Of a stretch of DNA of 64,000 bases, positions 41,100 to 51,813 are shown piece by piece. The translations under genes and the position numbers were made by a program. The stretch spans positions 1 to 64,000 of the forward strand of contig CP169075.1 of the NCBI GenBank assembly GCA_041891055.1, written 5' to 3'. Below the pieces are notes generated by a model. It saw nothing but the letters and a program-made list of their open reading frames with translations. It searched no databases and was not told where the DNA came from. This DNA is from Halorutilales archaeon Cl-col2-1. Its GTDB lineage: Archaea > Halobacteriota > Halobacteria > Halobacteriales > Afararchaeaceae. How positions within the stretch are numbered: position 1 is the first letter of the stretch; each line of letters starts with the position of its first letter.

Positions 41100-42776
41100 A
41101 TGAAAATTTCTTATCAGAATGCGAATCCACGCAAAGGTCACGAAAGCTACTACATCAAATTCGACGATGTCTCCAGCGCCAACACTAACTGTGTGTTAGT
41201 CGACTCCGGAAAACAAGTCGACGTTGAAAACGACTTGGACGACGACGAGTATCTCTCTGCAATACTTCTAACACACGCCCACGCCGACCACTACCAAACA
41301 CTCGTCGAGAATATCCAAGATGGGGCAGAAGTAATTATGACACCAGCTACTGCTTCTATCTTAGAGACTGTACTCTCCGAAGCCTCGAAACACTCCAAGA
41401 TAGATAACCTCGACTGGGAGAGTATAGAGGACTCGATAAAGACTGTAACCGACTGGTACGAGTTATCCTCGAATGTCAAACTACGTCCTGTACCTGCCGG
41501 TCATGTCCCTGGAGCATGTAGCTACCTGATACAGTTTGACGACGATAAACACATACTATCTACGGGAGATTTCACCTTCGACAGGGCGGCGGGATATCCA
41601 CCGATACCAGAAAACGAACTAAGTGAGATCGGTATAGACATACTCTTTCTAAACTCCTCGACCTCACAACCCGGAGAACTCACAGAATCAATAGATGCTA
41701 TCTTAGAACAGGCGATCTCCGGTAGTGATGTCCTCGTGACTGCAAGCGGCATGACCTGTGTCAAATATGTCTATCTTCTCGGACACCTAATAGAAGAAAG
41801 GGACATCAACCTCTCGGTCTCTATAGCTGGGCAAGCAGCTAAGATATACGATGACCTCGACTACGACGTACCAAACGTAACTTCGTATCCTGTCTATGAA
41901 TCTACTGACGAGGTTTTGGAGTCAGATATCTCAGTAGCAGGTCCTGAAAAGCCAGAAGAAGGGTCAAGTAAGATCTTGTTCGATGAGATAAAACACGATC
42001 CTTCAGCAACTCTCGTTCGGATACTCGCAGCTTTCAGCCGCTCGATGGAGTCGGCTAGCTGTACTGTGATGGAGTTCAAACGGGTAAATCATCCCACAGA
42101 AGATGAGATGTATAAGTTCATAGAAGATCTAAACCCAGTACATACCGTAATACAGCACGGTGGCAAGACAAAATGGGGCGACGTATTCGATTTCACTCTA
42201 ACATGGGCAGACGACGAGACCGTATCACGTGTACTGTATTCTAACGGAGACTGGGAAAAACCCGGGTGGCTCAAAGATGAGACATACGAGATGATACTTC
42301 GGAATAACAGGTCACATGGCGAGCCAGATCTCTCCGGTGTAGTTGGAGAAAATCTCGACGAGATAATGACTCCCGAACTACCTAGTCTAGAGATATCAGA
42401 AGAACCTGACTTGGAAAAAGAAGGAGTGGAGTTAGACGAGATTGCTAAAAGAGACCTTCATAGTTCGAGTGAAAACGAGGGCTTCGAAGCTGAGTCTAAG
42501 CCTGAAAAAGAAGTGAGACGTACTTCTGTTCAGAATCGGGAAGATACTGATTTCGAAGGCGAAGACGTTTCTCTACGGGATCTAAAGCAGATACTCGAGA
42601 GAATAGAAAAACAGTTCGATTCTAATTCTAATTCTGAGACCTACGAGGCTTTCGTCGTCGACACAGGCGAAGGAGGAGACTTATTAGTCCGTATTGATGG
42701 ACACACATCAGATGATTTGGATCTAGAGCACGGTCAGATCATCAATGTCTCTCTAGATAATCAAAAGAATAGATAA
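41100..42776 (+). CDS. Metallo-beta-lactamase-fold (beta-CASP-like) hydrolase/nuclease with acidic C-terminal extension
   Basis: VDSG, THAHADH, AGHVPG, STGDF. Confidence 0.85.
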   Translation: MKISYQNANPRKGHESYYIKFDDVSSANTNCVLVDSGKQVDVENDLDDDEYLSAILLTHAHADHYQTLVENIQDGAEVIMTPATASILETVLSEASKHSKIDNLDWESIEDSIKTVTDWYELSSNVKLRPVPAGHVPGACSYLIQFDDDKHILSTGDFTFDRAAGYPPIPENELSEIGIDILFLNSSTSQPGELTESIDAILEQAISGSDVLVTASGMTCVKYVYLLGHLIEERDINLSVSIAGQAAKIYDDLDYDVPNVTSYPVYESTDEVLESDISVAGPEKPEEGSSKILFDEIKHDPSATLVRILAAFSRSMESASCTVMEFKRVNHPTEDEMYKFIEDLNPVHTVIQHGGKTKWGDVFDFTLTWADDETVSRVLYSNGDWEKPGWLKDETYEMILRNNRSHGEPDLSGVVGENLDEIMTPELPSLEISEEPDLEKEGVELDEIAKRDLHSSSENEGFEAESKPEKEVRRTSVQNREDTDFEGEDVSLRDLKQILERIEKQFDSNSNSETYEAFVVDTGEGGDLLVRIDGHTSDDLDLEHGQIINVSLDNQKNR

Positions 42777-42779
42777 CAG

Positions 42780-43465
42780 CAATCTAATCTTAAAAAGAAG
42801 TCTTAATTAAATAGTTATAAGCTAAAAATAACTCTAATTAAATGATAATATAGACCTATAGAGATATGAAGCTGACTGTCTAAAAGATATTATTCTATAT
42901 CTAAGTGGCTATTTATTAACTAATTACCAGTCACAAACTAAGTATCTACATCTTTATTTAAATTTTTATTTATACTATATTTATAAGTAATGTAAACCTA
43001 ATAAACTTAAAAGACAACAAAGCTGGTTTAATATGTAAAGTAAAACCCGATGACAGCCAGATTTGGGCAAACCTAAAAATTAAGCAATTACTTATAAAAA
43101 GAAAACCTGAAAACGCAAGACCTGACAGAGTAAGTAACTAATTATTTAGAACAAACTCTCTCACCAAGATGAAAACGCATGACAGCAAAGAGGTCAAAAC
43201 TATAATCGCAAGACATGACAGAGTAGAATACAAATACGAAAATAACACCTAAATCAAGAAAACCATAATCGCAAGACATGACAGAGTAGACGAATTATCC
43301 AGAAACCATAATCGCAAGACATGACAGAGTAAGAAAATAACAAAAATACATCTCACACCAAAACCACCATACAGCAACGTCATGGATAAATAATTAAACC
43401 GATGACAGAGTAGAATCTTACAAAAACTGAAATCACCCCCTAAACCGCAAGACATGACAGAGTAA
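42780..43465. repeat. AT-rich tract followed by ~8 iteron-like direct repeats (CGCAAGACATGACAGAGTA)
   Basis: TGACAG cores at 43051, 43123, 43180, 43216, 43279, 43322, 43403, 43455. Confidence 0.85.
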
Positions 43466-43660
43466 ACCGAAAAATCGAGCAAAACAACGACCTAGAAAGG
43501 GTGGGGTAATAGGCTGTTTTTGGTGGGTATGCGAATTTGGTGGTTTACGAAATACCAAAATTCGGTTTTGGCGTCTTTTTTGACCCCACGGTTTTGTTTG
43601 AGACAGTATGTGTGAGTGAGTTGTTGATGAGGCAGTTTCTCTAACTTAGTATTGATTGAG

Positions 43661-43852
43661 ATGACTGAAATCAAGACATCGGAAAAAGAGAACACAGAAA
43701 CGAAAACGATAGATCACCGAGTTCCTTTATCTGGTGTGACAGTATACGAAGACGATTATCTAGAGGTAGAGTTTTCACGAAGTGTTTTCGGAAGCGAAGA
43801 AAGGAAGGAAAGAATGGCAGACGAGTTCAGAGATGGCGTAGTATCAGTCTAA
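43661..43852 (+). CDS. Small acidic hypothetical protein
   Basis: 63-aa ORF with haloarchaeal composition. Confidence 0.45.
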   Translation: MTEIKTSEKENTETKTIDHRVPLSGVTVYEDDYLEVEFSRSVFGSEERKERMADEFRDGVVSV

Positions 43853-44139
43853 TAAAAAGAATACAGGGTAGTATAAAGAAGAAGGCAAAAGATAGTAGTA
43901 TAGACGATAATAGAGTAGATGGACATCATCCAGATGTAGATGTGATAGAGTAGGATGTTTCTCTAAGGGTGTTTCTATGGTGTTACGAGGGAGATATGTA
44001 TGTTAGGTAGTTTTTCGTCTCTATGGCGTTGTGAGAGGCTTTGTGAGAGTGTGAGTACGTGTGTGTCTGTAGTGGTAGTGTCTTCTACATTAGCCTTAGT
44101 GGTGTAGTCATAGTTGGTGTTGTTGACGGTGTCTCTTTT

Positions 44140-44270
44140 TACCGAAGCCCTCGGTCTTTCGGTCGGTCTGACTCGCTGCGCTCTGGTTTGCCCATAGGTT
44201 GTCCCAGTGCTTGCGTCGTCAGACACGAGCCGAAGAGCCCTCGCCCTTCGTGAGTCCACCGAGGGGTTGG
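44140..44270. repeat. GC-rich structured intergenic element resembling haloarchaeal REP/MITE-like repeats
   Basis: GAAGCCCTCG...GACTCGCTGCGCTC...GTGCTTGCGTCGTC...GCCCTCGCCCTT..AGTCCACC; single copy here, recognised by resemblance only. Confidence 0.5.
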
Positions 44271-44429
44271 TTTTTCGGCTACTTTACGTCAACACCGGAG
44301 ACACGAGGTTGGGTTTCTGGTTCTAGACGGTACTTTCGCGCTTCCACACAGGGTGTATAGTTGAGAGAGGTATATTGGAATTCTTCTTTGGAGGTGGTTG
44401 GGAGAAGGGCTAGACAACATTAGAGTGAG

Positions 44430-44546
44430 AGCTAACCAACATTTTCGGAGAATTGTCTAGAGATGTTGGTTAGCTAGGGGAGGATACACTCCAAAGCGGG
44501 TGTGGTGGTGTCGGTGTTAAGCTGGGTCAGGTGACTCAGGTTAACA
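44430..44546 (+). repeat. Full composite repeat
   Basis: IR-A, TACACTCCAAAGCGGGTGTGG, TGTTAAGCTGGGTCAGGTGACTCAGGTTAACA. Confidence 0.92.
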
Positions 44547-44569
44547 CTTCGTCTAACTACAGTCTCGCT

Positions 44570-44869
44570 GTGAAGTTCCACACGCCGAAGAACATCGCCA
44601 CCTCGATCACCGTCGAAGCCGCGGAGCTTCTCGAGTTATTCCAGTGGCACGGAAACTTCTCACCGTCTCAGATCAAGGAGAACTCTGAGTTAATGGATGA
44701 GATCGAAGACGAGCTTGCTGATATTCTTCTCTACTGCATGAGCATGGCGATACACTTGGACATTGACCTTGAGGAAGCAGTCGAAAGGAAACTCGAGAAA
44801 AACAAGGAGAGGTATAATGAGGAGAGAGACGACGAGATACGTGAGGAACTAGAAGAATGGCAGGAGTGA
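44570..44869 (+). pseudogene. MazG-like nucleotide pyrophosphohydrolase, apparently 5'-truncated
   Basis: FHTPKNIA..VEAAELLE..EDELADI; the usual N-terminal helix is replaced by repeat-derived sequence. Confidence 0.75.
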
Positions 44870-44870
44870 G

Positions 44871-45896
44871 TTATTCCATCTCCACGTTCCTCATCTCCCG
44901 CCTTTTCTCTAAGAACTTAGTATGAGGATAGAGATCCTCATCGTCAGGCAAGTTAATTTTCTTCCCCTCTAACTTCTTGAACTCGTTATAGCCATTTCTC
45001 TCGGGCTCGTCTCTTACGACAATTTCGTAGTCATCTGTTATAACGAACCATCCGACATCGAACGCCCAATGGTGTAGTCTGCATAACGCGATCCCGTTCT
45101 GAATAACATCGCTCCCATTCTTTCTCTTAGGATAGATATGTGCTGCCTCTACCTCGGGGTTTCCATCGGGAGACTCTCGATTACTACCACAGACTGCACA
45201 TGTCTCGTTGTAGGCTTCCTTAACTAACTCTGAGAAAGCCGAATCTCGGGCTCGTCGTTGGGTTTGAGTGTATTCATCTCTTTCCTCGGTTAGCTGTGGG
45301 TCGTTTTTCGATGCTTCTCTTAGCTTTGACTTCTTGTCTTCAATTGACTGGTTAGAAGGTTCTACGTTTAACTCTAGCTTATCAAGAATTTCTCTACCCG
45401 AGTCTGTTATCTGACTTACGTCATCTGAACGCTTTACGAAGCCGAGAACCTGTAGCCATTCTCTGTGACGGGTAGCTACACCCGTTGAATCCATATCACA
45501 CTCTTTGAATTCGGATCTCAACAGATACTTAATCTCTTCATCAGTCATCGGCTGCTGAGTCAGCTCTAGAAGAATCTCATCGAAGCCTTTGACGCCCGAT
45601 CGGAGACCTTCGTATAGTATAGACGAGTCTTGGTTCTCAAGATAAGATTCACCTATTTCGCCTAAGAAATATTTTGAGTCGGACTCCTTTAGCACTCGAA
45701 TCGATTCTAGGAAGCTTAGGTGCCTTGGAACAGTTTCTCGACTTCTTGCTTTTGTATTCGAGAGCACCCATTCTATCAACTCTCCTTCAGAAGGAGAGTT
45801 AGATTCAACGTAATCGAGCATCTGCACCAATAGATTGAGACGGTTATTAACACCTCCATAGAACCGGTCTGCGGTCATCCGACGGTCATCAGACAT
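44871..45896 (-). CDS. HNH endonuclease with N-terminal wHTH-like domains (putative restriction enzyme)
   Basis: CAVCG...EAAHI...NGIALCRLHHWAFD. Confidence 0.88.
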   Translation of the reverse strand: MSDDRRMTADRFYGGVNNRLNLLVQMLDYVESNSPSEGELIEWVLSNTKARSRETVPRHLSFLESIRVLKESDSKYFLGEIGESYLENQDSSILYEGLRSGVKGFDEILLELTQQPMTDEEIKYLLRSEFKECDMDSTGVATRHREWLQVLGFVKRSDDVSQITDSGREILDKLELNVEPSNQSIEDKKSKLREASKNDPQLTEERDEYTQTQRRARDSAFSELVKEAYNETCAVCGSNRESPDGNPEVEAAHIYPKRKNGSDVIQNGIALCRLHHWAFDVGWFVITDDYEIVVRDEPERNGYNEFKKLEGKKINLPDDEDLYPHTKFLEKRREMRNVEME

Positions 45897-46016
45897 TTTT
45901 GATGGCTATAGTTTTGGAAGACTATCAGATAAAGATGTCTCGGAGTTTCTATTTCCCGAGTGAAATCCTCTTTATGCAAGAAAGAGTGAAGTAGAATACT
46001 CTCATACATACTGAAC

Positions 46017-49007
46017 ATGTCAGGATTATCGGATTCTGAAATAGAAGAACGAATCCAAGAATATAGACACAAGACGGATTGGGATCAACTAAAGAGAAAC
46101 GCGAATATTACATCTGAGGCGGTTCGAGACTTAGCGGAATCTCTAGTAAAAGAAAGGCAGATGGGAGAGTATGAACTGACTACACTCTATCGATTATGCC
46201 AGAATACCGATGCATCTTCTATCCAAAACAAGGAGGAGAGAATAGATAATCTTGACATCCCAGAGGAAGATAAGAAACAGATAAAAGATCTTCTAGACAG
46301 TAAAATGGGATCGGTCGGAAAGGGAGTAAGAAGTCTCGATCCGAAAGGTCATGACGAAGAAGTTCTTGATTTAATAGAGACTCTCGTTAACTCCGATGAC
46401 AGGAGTGAGATTGACTCCGCAATTGACGAATTCGCTTCTTTAGAGATTAGTGGCATCCAGTCGGGGAAAATATCACCTATCTTCTATTATCTACACCCAG
46501 AAAAATATCCAATAAATAATACCTCTTCCCGGGAGGGCATGGAGGAAATATTCGGGAAAGAAATTTCTAGACAACTTAGCGATTATGTTGATGAGGTGGA
46601 GAAATACAAAGAAGTGAAAGAAAAATCCGACTTCGCTAAGAATTATCGAGAACTCGATTTCTTCCTATTCAAAGGAAGAGAACAACAGACGGAGATTGAC
46701 GAAGACCAGGATCAGGATCTATATCTCATAAAAATAGGAGACCATTGGCGAGATGAATTTGAGAAAACAGTCGAAAGCCCTGTTTACGCTGAGGATCGTA
46801 GAGGTAGTCCACCACCCGAATTCGGGGATATTGAGGGAGAGCGTATATGGGGAACAGAAGGCGGAGAAAATACATTTGATGACATGGATCCGGATGACTA
46901 TCTTCTTTTCTACTATGACGATATGTTCTTCGCCACTGGGAAAGTAGGCAGAAAGAAAAAGAGCCGTGATCTTGGTGACTTTATCTGGGATAATGAAGCA
47001 AGTAAATATGTCTATACTGTCAAGGATTTCAGGCACATTGAAATTCCCGAGGATTATCTCTGGGATCTTCTAAATTATAAGGAATCATACTATCTACGAG
47101 CTGCTATGAACAGTATTTCTGACGATAGAATGGAATCATTATTTGAAGAATATTCGTCAATAGAGGCTCTGATAGATGAATACTCTAAGAGTGGGACTGG
47201 TACCAGCTATTATTGGGTTAACCAGACAAGAGGTGTAGAAGTGGAAGAAGAGTTCCTTAGAGCTAAGGCAGATAACGAACCCAGTCACGATCTTACTGTT
47301 TTAGACAAGGGAGATATTATCTTCCACTATAAAGACCAGAACATAATAGGTCACTCTGAGGTTGTAAGTGATGCAAGAGTTGAGGAAGAAGGTAATGGTG
47401 ATTATTATTTCGTAGACGTTGATTTTCACAGATACGACGAGAAACCATCTCTTGACCAGGTTAAAGACTATCTTATGCGGGAAGAGGTTAGACTCGATGA
47501 ATATTATCCGCTGAATAGATTTGGAGGAGTGAATAGGGGATACCTCTTCAGCCTTTCTGATCAAGCTGGAAAGTGGCTTATGGGGGGAGAATGGGGACAG
47601 ACTCAGTACTTCTGGATTAACGCTGAGGGAGACTGGGTAGAGAACCAAGAGCTATCCTTCTACACTAGCATCACTGATAAAGAGAATCCACGAAAAGACG
47701 AGGAAGCATTCAATCGAGCGAAAAAGGGAGATAAAGTCGTTATATTCCGAGTATCTACGGAGAGGAAAATCGTAGGATTAGGAACCGTAGTAGAGGGTTT
47801 GCATAAGGAAAAGCCAGAGGATAAAGAGGATGAAGTACCAGGCATCACCATCAAGTCAGATGAAACAGTAGACGGACCAAGCTGGGAAAGAATCTCTAAT
47901 GATTCCGAGCTACAAGACTCAAGAGTAGTAGAGTCAAATAACTATGGAGCTGTTCTCATGGGGCTCGATCAGGAGGAGTATGATAGGCTTGTTGAACTAA
48001 CCAAACTTCAGATAGATAGAATCCCCGATAACATCGAGGTAGAAACAACTGAGCTTCACTTCCCTGGTAACAAGGAAGACGAAATTCTCGATCAAGTAAC
48101 TACAGCACTCGAGAACGGCAACCATGTTCTTCTCGTTGGACCTCCGGGAACAGGTAAGAGCAAACTAGCAAAGACCGTCTGTGAATCTATCGAGAATATC
48201 GATTATAACTTCGTCACAGCCAACTCTGACTGGTCTACCTTCGATACTGTCGGTGGATACCATCCAGAGAAAGACGAAAACCTGAGATTCAAGCCTGGAG
48301 TCTTCCTTGACAGCTTTAAGGATGAAAATGGACACCCACAGAACGAGTGGCTTGTTATAGACGAGATAAACCGTGCGGATATCGACAAAGCATTCGGATC
48401 CCTGTTTTCAGTTCTTGCTGGAGACGATGTAACGCTTTCGTTCACTGATGAGAGCGACGAGAACATACAGATCGTGTCCAACGGAGATATAATTCAGGGA
48501 AAGGAGGACAATATCTACTACGTCCCCGACGACTGGAGAATGATTTCGACGATGAATACACTTGATAAGACATCGCTGTACGAGATGAGCTATGCCTTCA
48601 TGCGAAGATGGGCTTTCGTCTCCGTTCCTGTTCCCGATATTCCCGGGGATAACGAGGAAGCAGGTGAATTAGTTGGAGAGTACGTCGATGTCTGGAGAGA
48701 TGGAGACACAGGTGGTACAGATATAGATAGAAACCGAGAAATTGCCGACATCTGGAGGATCGTGAATAAGCACCGGGAGATTGGACCTGCCATAGTTGAG
48801 GACATATACGAACACGTCAAGAACAGCCCTAATCCGGATTACGCTTCCGCCATTAGTATGTACGTGATACCACAGCTAGAGGGTCTAAGAGAAGCTGACC
48901 TTAGGGAGTTTGTGTCTGGATTAGAAGATTCGGAGGCTGACATAAACGTTGATCGTGTCCGTGACTTCATGGAAGACTACTTCCAGATAGATATTAGCAG
49001 AAACTAA
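46017..49007 (+). CDS. McrB-like AAA+ GTPase with several EVE/PUA-like N-terminal domains
   Basis: GPPGTGKS, IDEINRAD, TMNTLD, AFMRRW; repeated YYWVN/YFWIN...GD.I.FY/H modules. Confidence 0.88.
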   Translation: MSGLSDSEIEERIQEYRHKTDWDQLKRNANITSEAVRDLAESLVKERQMGEYELTTLYRLCQNTDASSIQNKEERIDNLDIPEEDKKQIKDLLDSKMGSVGKGVRSLDPKGHDEEVLDLIETLVNSDDRSEIDSAIDEFASLEISGIQSGKISPIFYYLHPEKYPINNTSSREGMEEIFGKEISRQLSDYVDEVEKYKEVKEKSDFAKNYRELDFFLFKGREQQTEIDEDQDQDLYLIKIGDHWRDEFEKTVESPVYAEDRRGSPPPEFGDIEGERIWGTEGGENTFDDMDPDDYLLFYYDDMFFATGKVGRKKKSRDLGDFIWDNEASKYVYTVKDFRHIEIPEDYLWDLLNYKESYYLRAAMNSISDDRMESLFEEYSSIEALIDEYSKSGTGTSYYWVNQTRGVEVEEEFLRAKADNEPSHDLTVLDKGDIIFHYKDQNIIGHSEVVSDARVEEEGNGDYYFVDVDFHRYDEKPSLDQVKDYLMREEVRLDEYYPLNRFGGVNRGYLFSLSDQAGKWLMGGEWGQTQYFWINAEGDWVENQELSFYTSITDKENPRKDEEAFNRAKKGDKVVIFRVSTERKIVGLGTVVEGLHKEKPEDKEDEVPGITIKSDETVDGPSWERISNDSELQDSRVVESNNYGAVLMGLDQEEYDRLVELTKLQIDRIPDNIEVETTELHFPGNKEDEILDQVTTALENGNHVLLVGPPGTGKSKLAKTVCESIENIDYNFVTANSDWSTFDTVGGYHPEKDENLRFKPGVFLDSFKDENGHPQNEWLVIDEINRADIDKAFGSLFSVLAGDDVTLSFTDESDENIQIVSNGDIIQGKEDNIYYVPDDWRMISTMNTLDKTSLYEMSYAFMRRWAFVSVPVPDIPGDNEEAGELVGEYVDVWRDGDTGGTDIDRNREIADIWRIVNKHREIGPAIVEDIYEHVKNSPNPDYASAISMYVIPQLEGLREADLREFVSGLEDSEADINVDRVRDFMEDYFQIDISRN

Positions 49008-49021
49008 GCAACTCAATCTCT

Positions 49022-50392
49022 ATGAAAACCGAACCAGAAGCCCTCGTCAACGAGATAGCTGATGACTTCAACAGCTATCTGAGTAAGGGAGTCCGGGTAG
49101 AGGAAATTGCATCTGGAGTGGATCCAAACCTCGATATCGACGATATAGAGAAAGTACTGCGTATCCATTTCGTTCTGACTGGAAGTCTTGACGACGAGAC
49201 CCAAACAGAGGAGACAGACGAAGAGGTAGGGGTCATAGATTTCGTGGATAATCTCCACGACGAAGTCCGAAGAATAAAAACTACTGTGACGAAGGATACA
49301 GTCTTTCTGGAGAACGAGGTTCGAGGGCGGATAGACTGGCAAGATACGATAAAGAAGAGATATCGATCAGCATCGCCCAATATAGGATACTCGTGTACAC
49401 AGACTCGAGAGAACTACAACATAGATGAAAATCTGGTTCTGAAACGTCTTCTATCCGTTATATACGAGATAATATTCGAGGATCTGAAGCCAGCCTTGGA
49501 GAATCCCGAGGACTACGCATGGTTCGAGCCTTGGATTGCCCCTGGAGAAGAAGATAAAGACGGTCTTAGACGTGTTGTGAGGGATGTTTTTCTCGATAAT
49601 GTCTATCTTCAACGTATAGAGATTGAGGATGGCCAGATCACCGACAGGATGATAGAGTCGGTGAAAAAATCTCGAATCCCACTATACAGGAACGCAGCTG
49701 AGCTTCTGGATCGGTATCGTCGCCTTAAAAGACAGGACATCGATATTGATGAAGCCAAAGAACTACTGGAGAATACCTTCATCCGCCCAAGCGAGAACGA
49801 GAGACTGTTTGAGCTCTACTGGGTTTTCAGAATCCTTTCTGAGTACGAGGAAGCTCATTTCAAGGTGATAGACGAAGACTATGAGGGGTTAGTTGCACAC
49901 TGGGAGGACGAAGAGTACGAGTACAAGATGTTCCATGATTCGGTAGGGGGAATGGAGTTCTCGGAGGAGATAGAGAAGGATAACGTACCGGAAGAAGACG
50001 GATATTTACGAAGGCTTTTTGAGGTCAACGAGGAGTTCAACAGGCTTCAGTATAAGTTGCTCAATAGAGAGAGTAATAAAGGACTCTGGGGAGGACGTCC
50101 AGATATACTGATAGAGAAAAAGAGGAAGAAAGGGGGCGATGTTAAGGAGATATTTGTGGGCGAGGTCAAATATACCCGTGATAAGGGATACGCAGCTAAG
50201 GGACTACGGGAGCTTCTCGAGTATATGGCGTTTGTTAAAGGCTCAGGTGAAGAATACATCGAAAATGAGGGAGATCTTTTTGACTGCGAGAATGTTAGAG
50301 GAATGCTGTTTGTTGATTCTATTGACAAAGTGGAGGAAGTAAACGAGGATATTCGAGTGGTTGGGTTTGGAGAAGAAGTTGAAGTGGACTAA
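49022..50392 (+). CDS. McrC-like PD-(D/E)XK nuclease
   Basis: VRGRIDW, ENLVLK, RPDI...GEVKY; follows the McrB-like gene. Confidence 0.8.
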   Translation: MKTEPEALVNEIADDFNSYLSKGVRVEEIASGVDPNLDIDDIEKVLRIHFVLTGSLDDETQTEETDEEVGVIDFVDNLHDEVRRIKTTVTKDTVFLENEVRGRIDWQDTIKKRYRSASPNIGYSCTQTRENYNIDENLVLKRLLSVIYEIIFEDLKPALENPEDYAWFEPWIAPGEEDKDGLRRVVRDVFLDNVYLQRIEIEDGQITDRMIESVKKSRIPLYRNAAELLDRYRRLKRQDIDIDEAKELLENTFIRPSENERLFELYWVFRILSEYEEAHFKVIDEDYEGLVAHWEDEEYEYKMFHDSVGGMEFSEEIEKDNVPEEDGYLRRLFEVNEEFNRLQYKLLNRESNKGLWGGRPDILIEKKRKKGGDVKEIFVGEVKYTRDKGYAAKGLRELLEYMAFVKGSGEEYIENEGDLFDCENVRGMLFVDSIDKVEEVNEDIRVVGFGEEVEVD

Positions 50393-50672
50393 CTAAGCTG
50401 TAACAGGCATGTCGACGCTAATACTGTTACCATACTGTCTGCTTCTTTCTCCCACCTTCTTCAAGCTCTATTGACTCGATTCTTGAATGTCTGATTTACA
50501 AGAAACTCGTACACTTAGACCTCTATATCACGCATATAGACGCTCTCGACGCAGATACAAGTCCGTGAGTGTCCGGTTTTATTGGCTTTGGTGAATCGCC
50601 GTACTGAGGTGAATTATAAACGAGAAAGTATACAGCTTCCTCTAAGCCGTCTATTTGAGTTTTGACTTAGAT

Positions 50673-50770
50673 TATCAGCCAAGATACGATGATTTTGGAC
50701 TAGTTTAGCTCAGGAATTCGTACCTGACCCCACCCAATACCGACGCTTCCTAGTGATTCACCAGAGCCGA
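50673..50770 (-). repeat. ~97-bp inverted duplicate of 25082-25178
   Basis: Direct reverse-complement match with few mismatches. Confidence 0.85.
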
Positions 50771-50799
50771 GTGTGCCGAAGAAACATGCCTCGAAGTCA

Positions 50800-51116
50800 T
50801 CTAGATAAGGTCTTACTTCGGGGAAACTCCGAGGAAGCACGTATATATCTACTTCTTCGGGATGGTCGTGAACTAACAGAATATCGTCGTTGTAGGTAGT
50901 ACGACGGGGAAGATTCTGTAACCAAGTAATCGGGTGGGAGAGTCAACTGTCGTCTACAGGAGTGTACAGCTCACCATCGACTACGAATCCATTGTCGACC
51001 TGTTCGACGTCTCCTCCTTCTCTCCATCCGTAATACACTATCTGGTGTAGAGTCTTAGTTTCTCCATCGGTATTCTCAAACTCTTTTTCACGGGCTGTTT
51101 TTTCTTTCTCAGTCAT
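50800..51116 (-). pseudogene. Degraded small gene
   Basis: MTEKEKTAREKEFENTDG... then a frameshift and an in-frame stop. Confidence 0.4.
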
Positions 51117-51183
51117 ATTTACTATATTACTCGTTACCTCACTCGTTGCTCTTGCAGATATCTCACGTAAAATACGGGCATGC

Positions 51184-51720
51184 GTGAAGTACCCCGCGCA
51201 CGATGGCGCGGGGCTTCGCCGTTTGGCCTCTTCCCAAGACTGGAAGCGTAACGGCGGCAGGCGAATTTAATTTCCTCCGCACTTCCCAGATGGGTCGTGT
51301 GGGAGCAGTAACACCCGAACACGCCGTGTCTCCTACCGCACTAGAGATCGTCTAGTGCTGCCGTAGGTGGCGTGTCCGTGGAGGTCGGCGGCTTCACCAC
51401 CGCCCGACACACTTGAAGCCCGGCGCAACCTTGCGGTGTTTTGCGAGGCGGATAACGTGGCTCCCGTACTGTAAATATGGTTCGACAGCAACTTGAACAT
51501 ATGGATTGTGCAGCGGAGCGAACGCGCTTCACCCCCGCCCACGGTGTTGACGCAAATCAAAGATTTGCGAAAGTCCCGAGATCTCCGATCTCGTGTGCTC
51601 GCTAATCGGAGATTAGCGAAAGTTGTTAGATCTCCGATCTAACAGCCCGTGAATCTATGATTCACGAAGCCGAAAACCTGCGGTTTTCGGAAGGGCGGGG
51701 AACTCGCGCTGCCTTTCGTT
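51184..51720 (-). mobile_element. Non-autonomous IS200/IS605 derivative (PATE-like), no ORF
   Basis: Left-end-like AAACGAAAGGCAGCGCGAGTTCCCCGCCC; right-end hairpin GAAGCCCCGCG...CGCGGGGTACTTCAC; internal hairpin array. Confidence 0.75.
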
Positions 51721-51813
51721 TAGATATTTTGGTCAGCTATCCAAACCGTCTTGGATTCACAAACTGGTTTGTATGTAGTCTGTGTATGACTTGAAAGAAA
51801 TCAGAATCAACCA

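Noticed and set aside
43040-43465. Second CRISPR-like array
   Set aside because: Irregular spacing (36-81 bp), variable short repeats, low-complexity A-rich spacers
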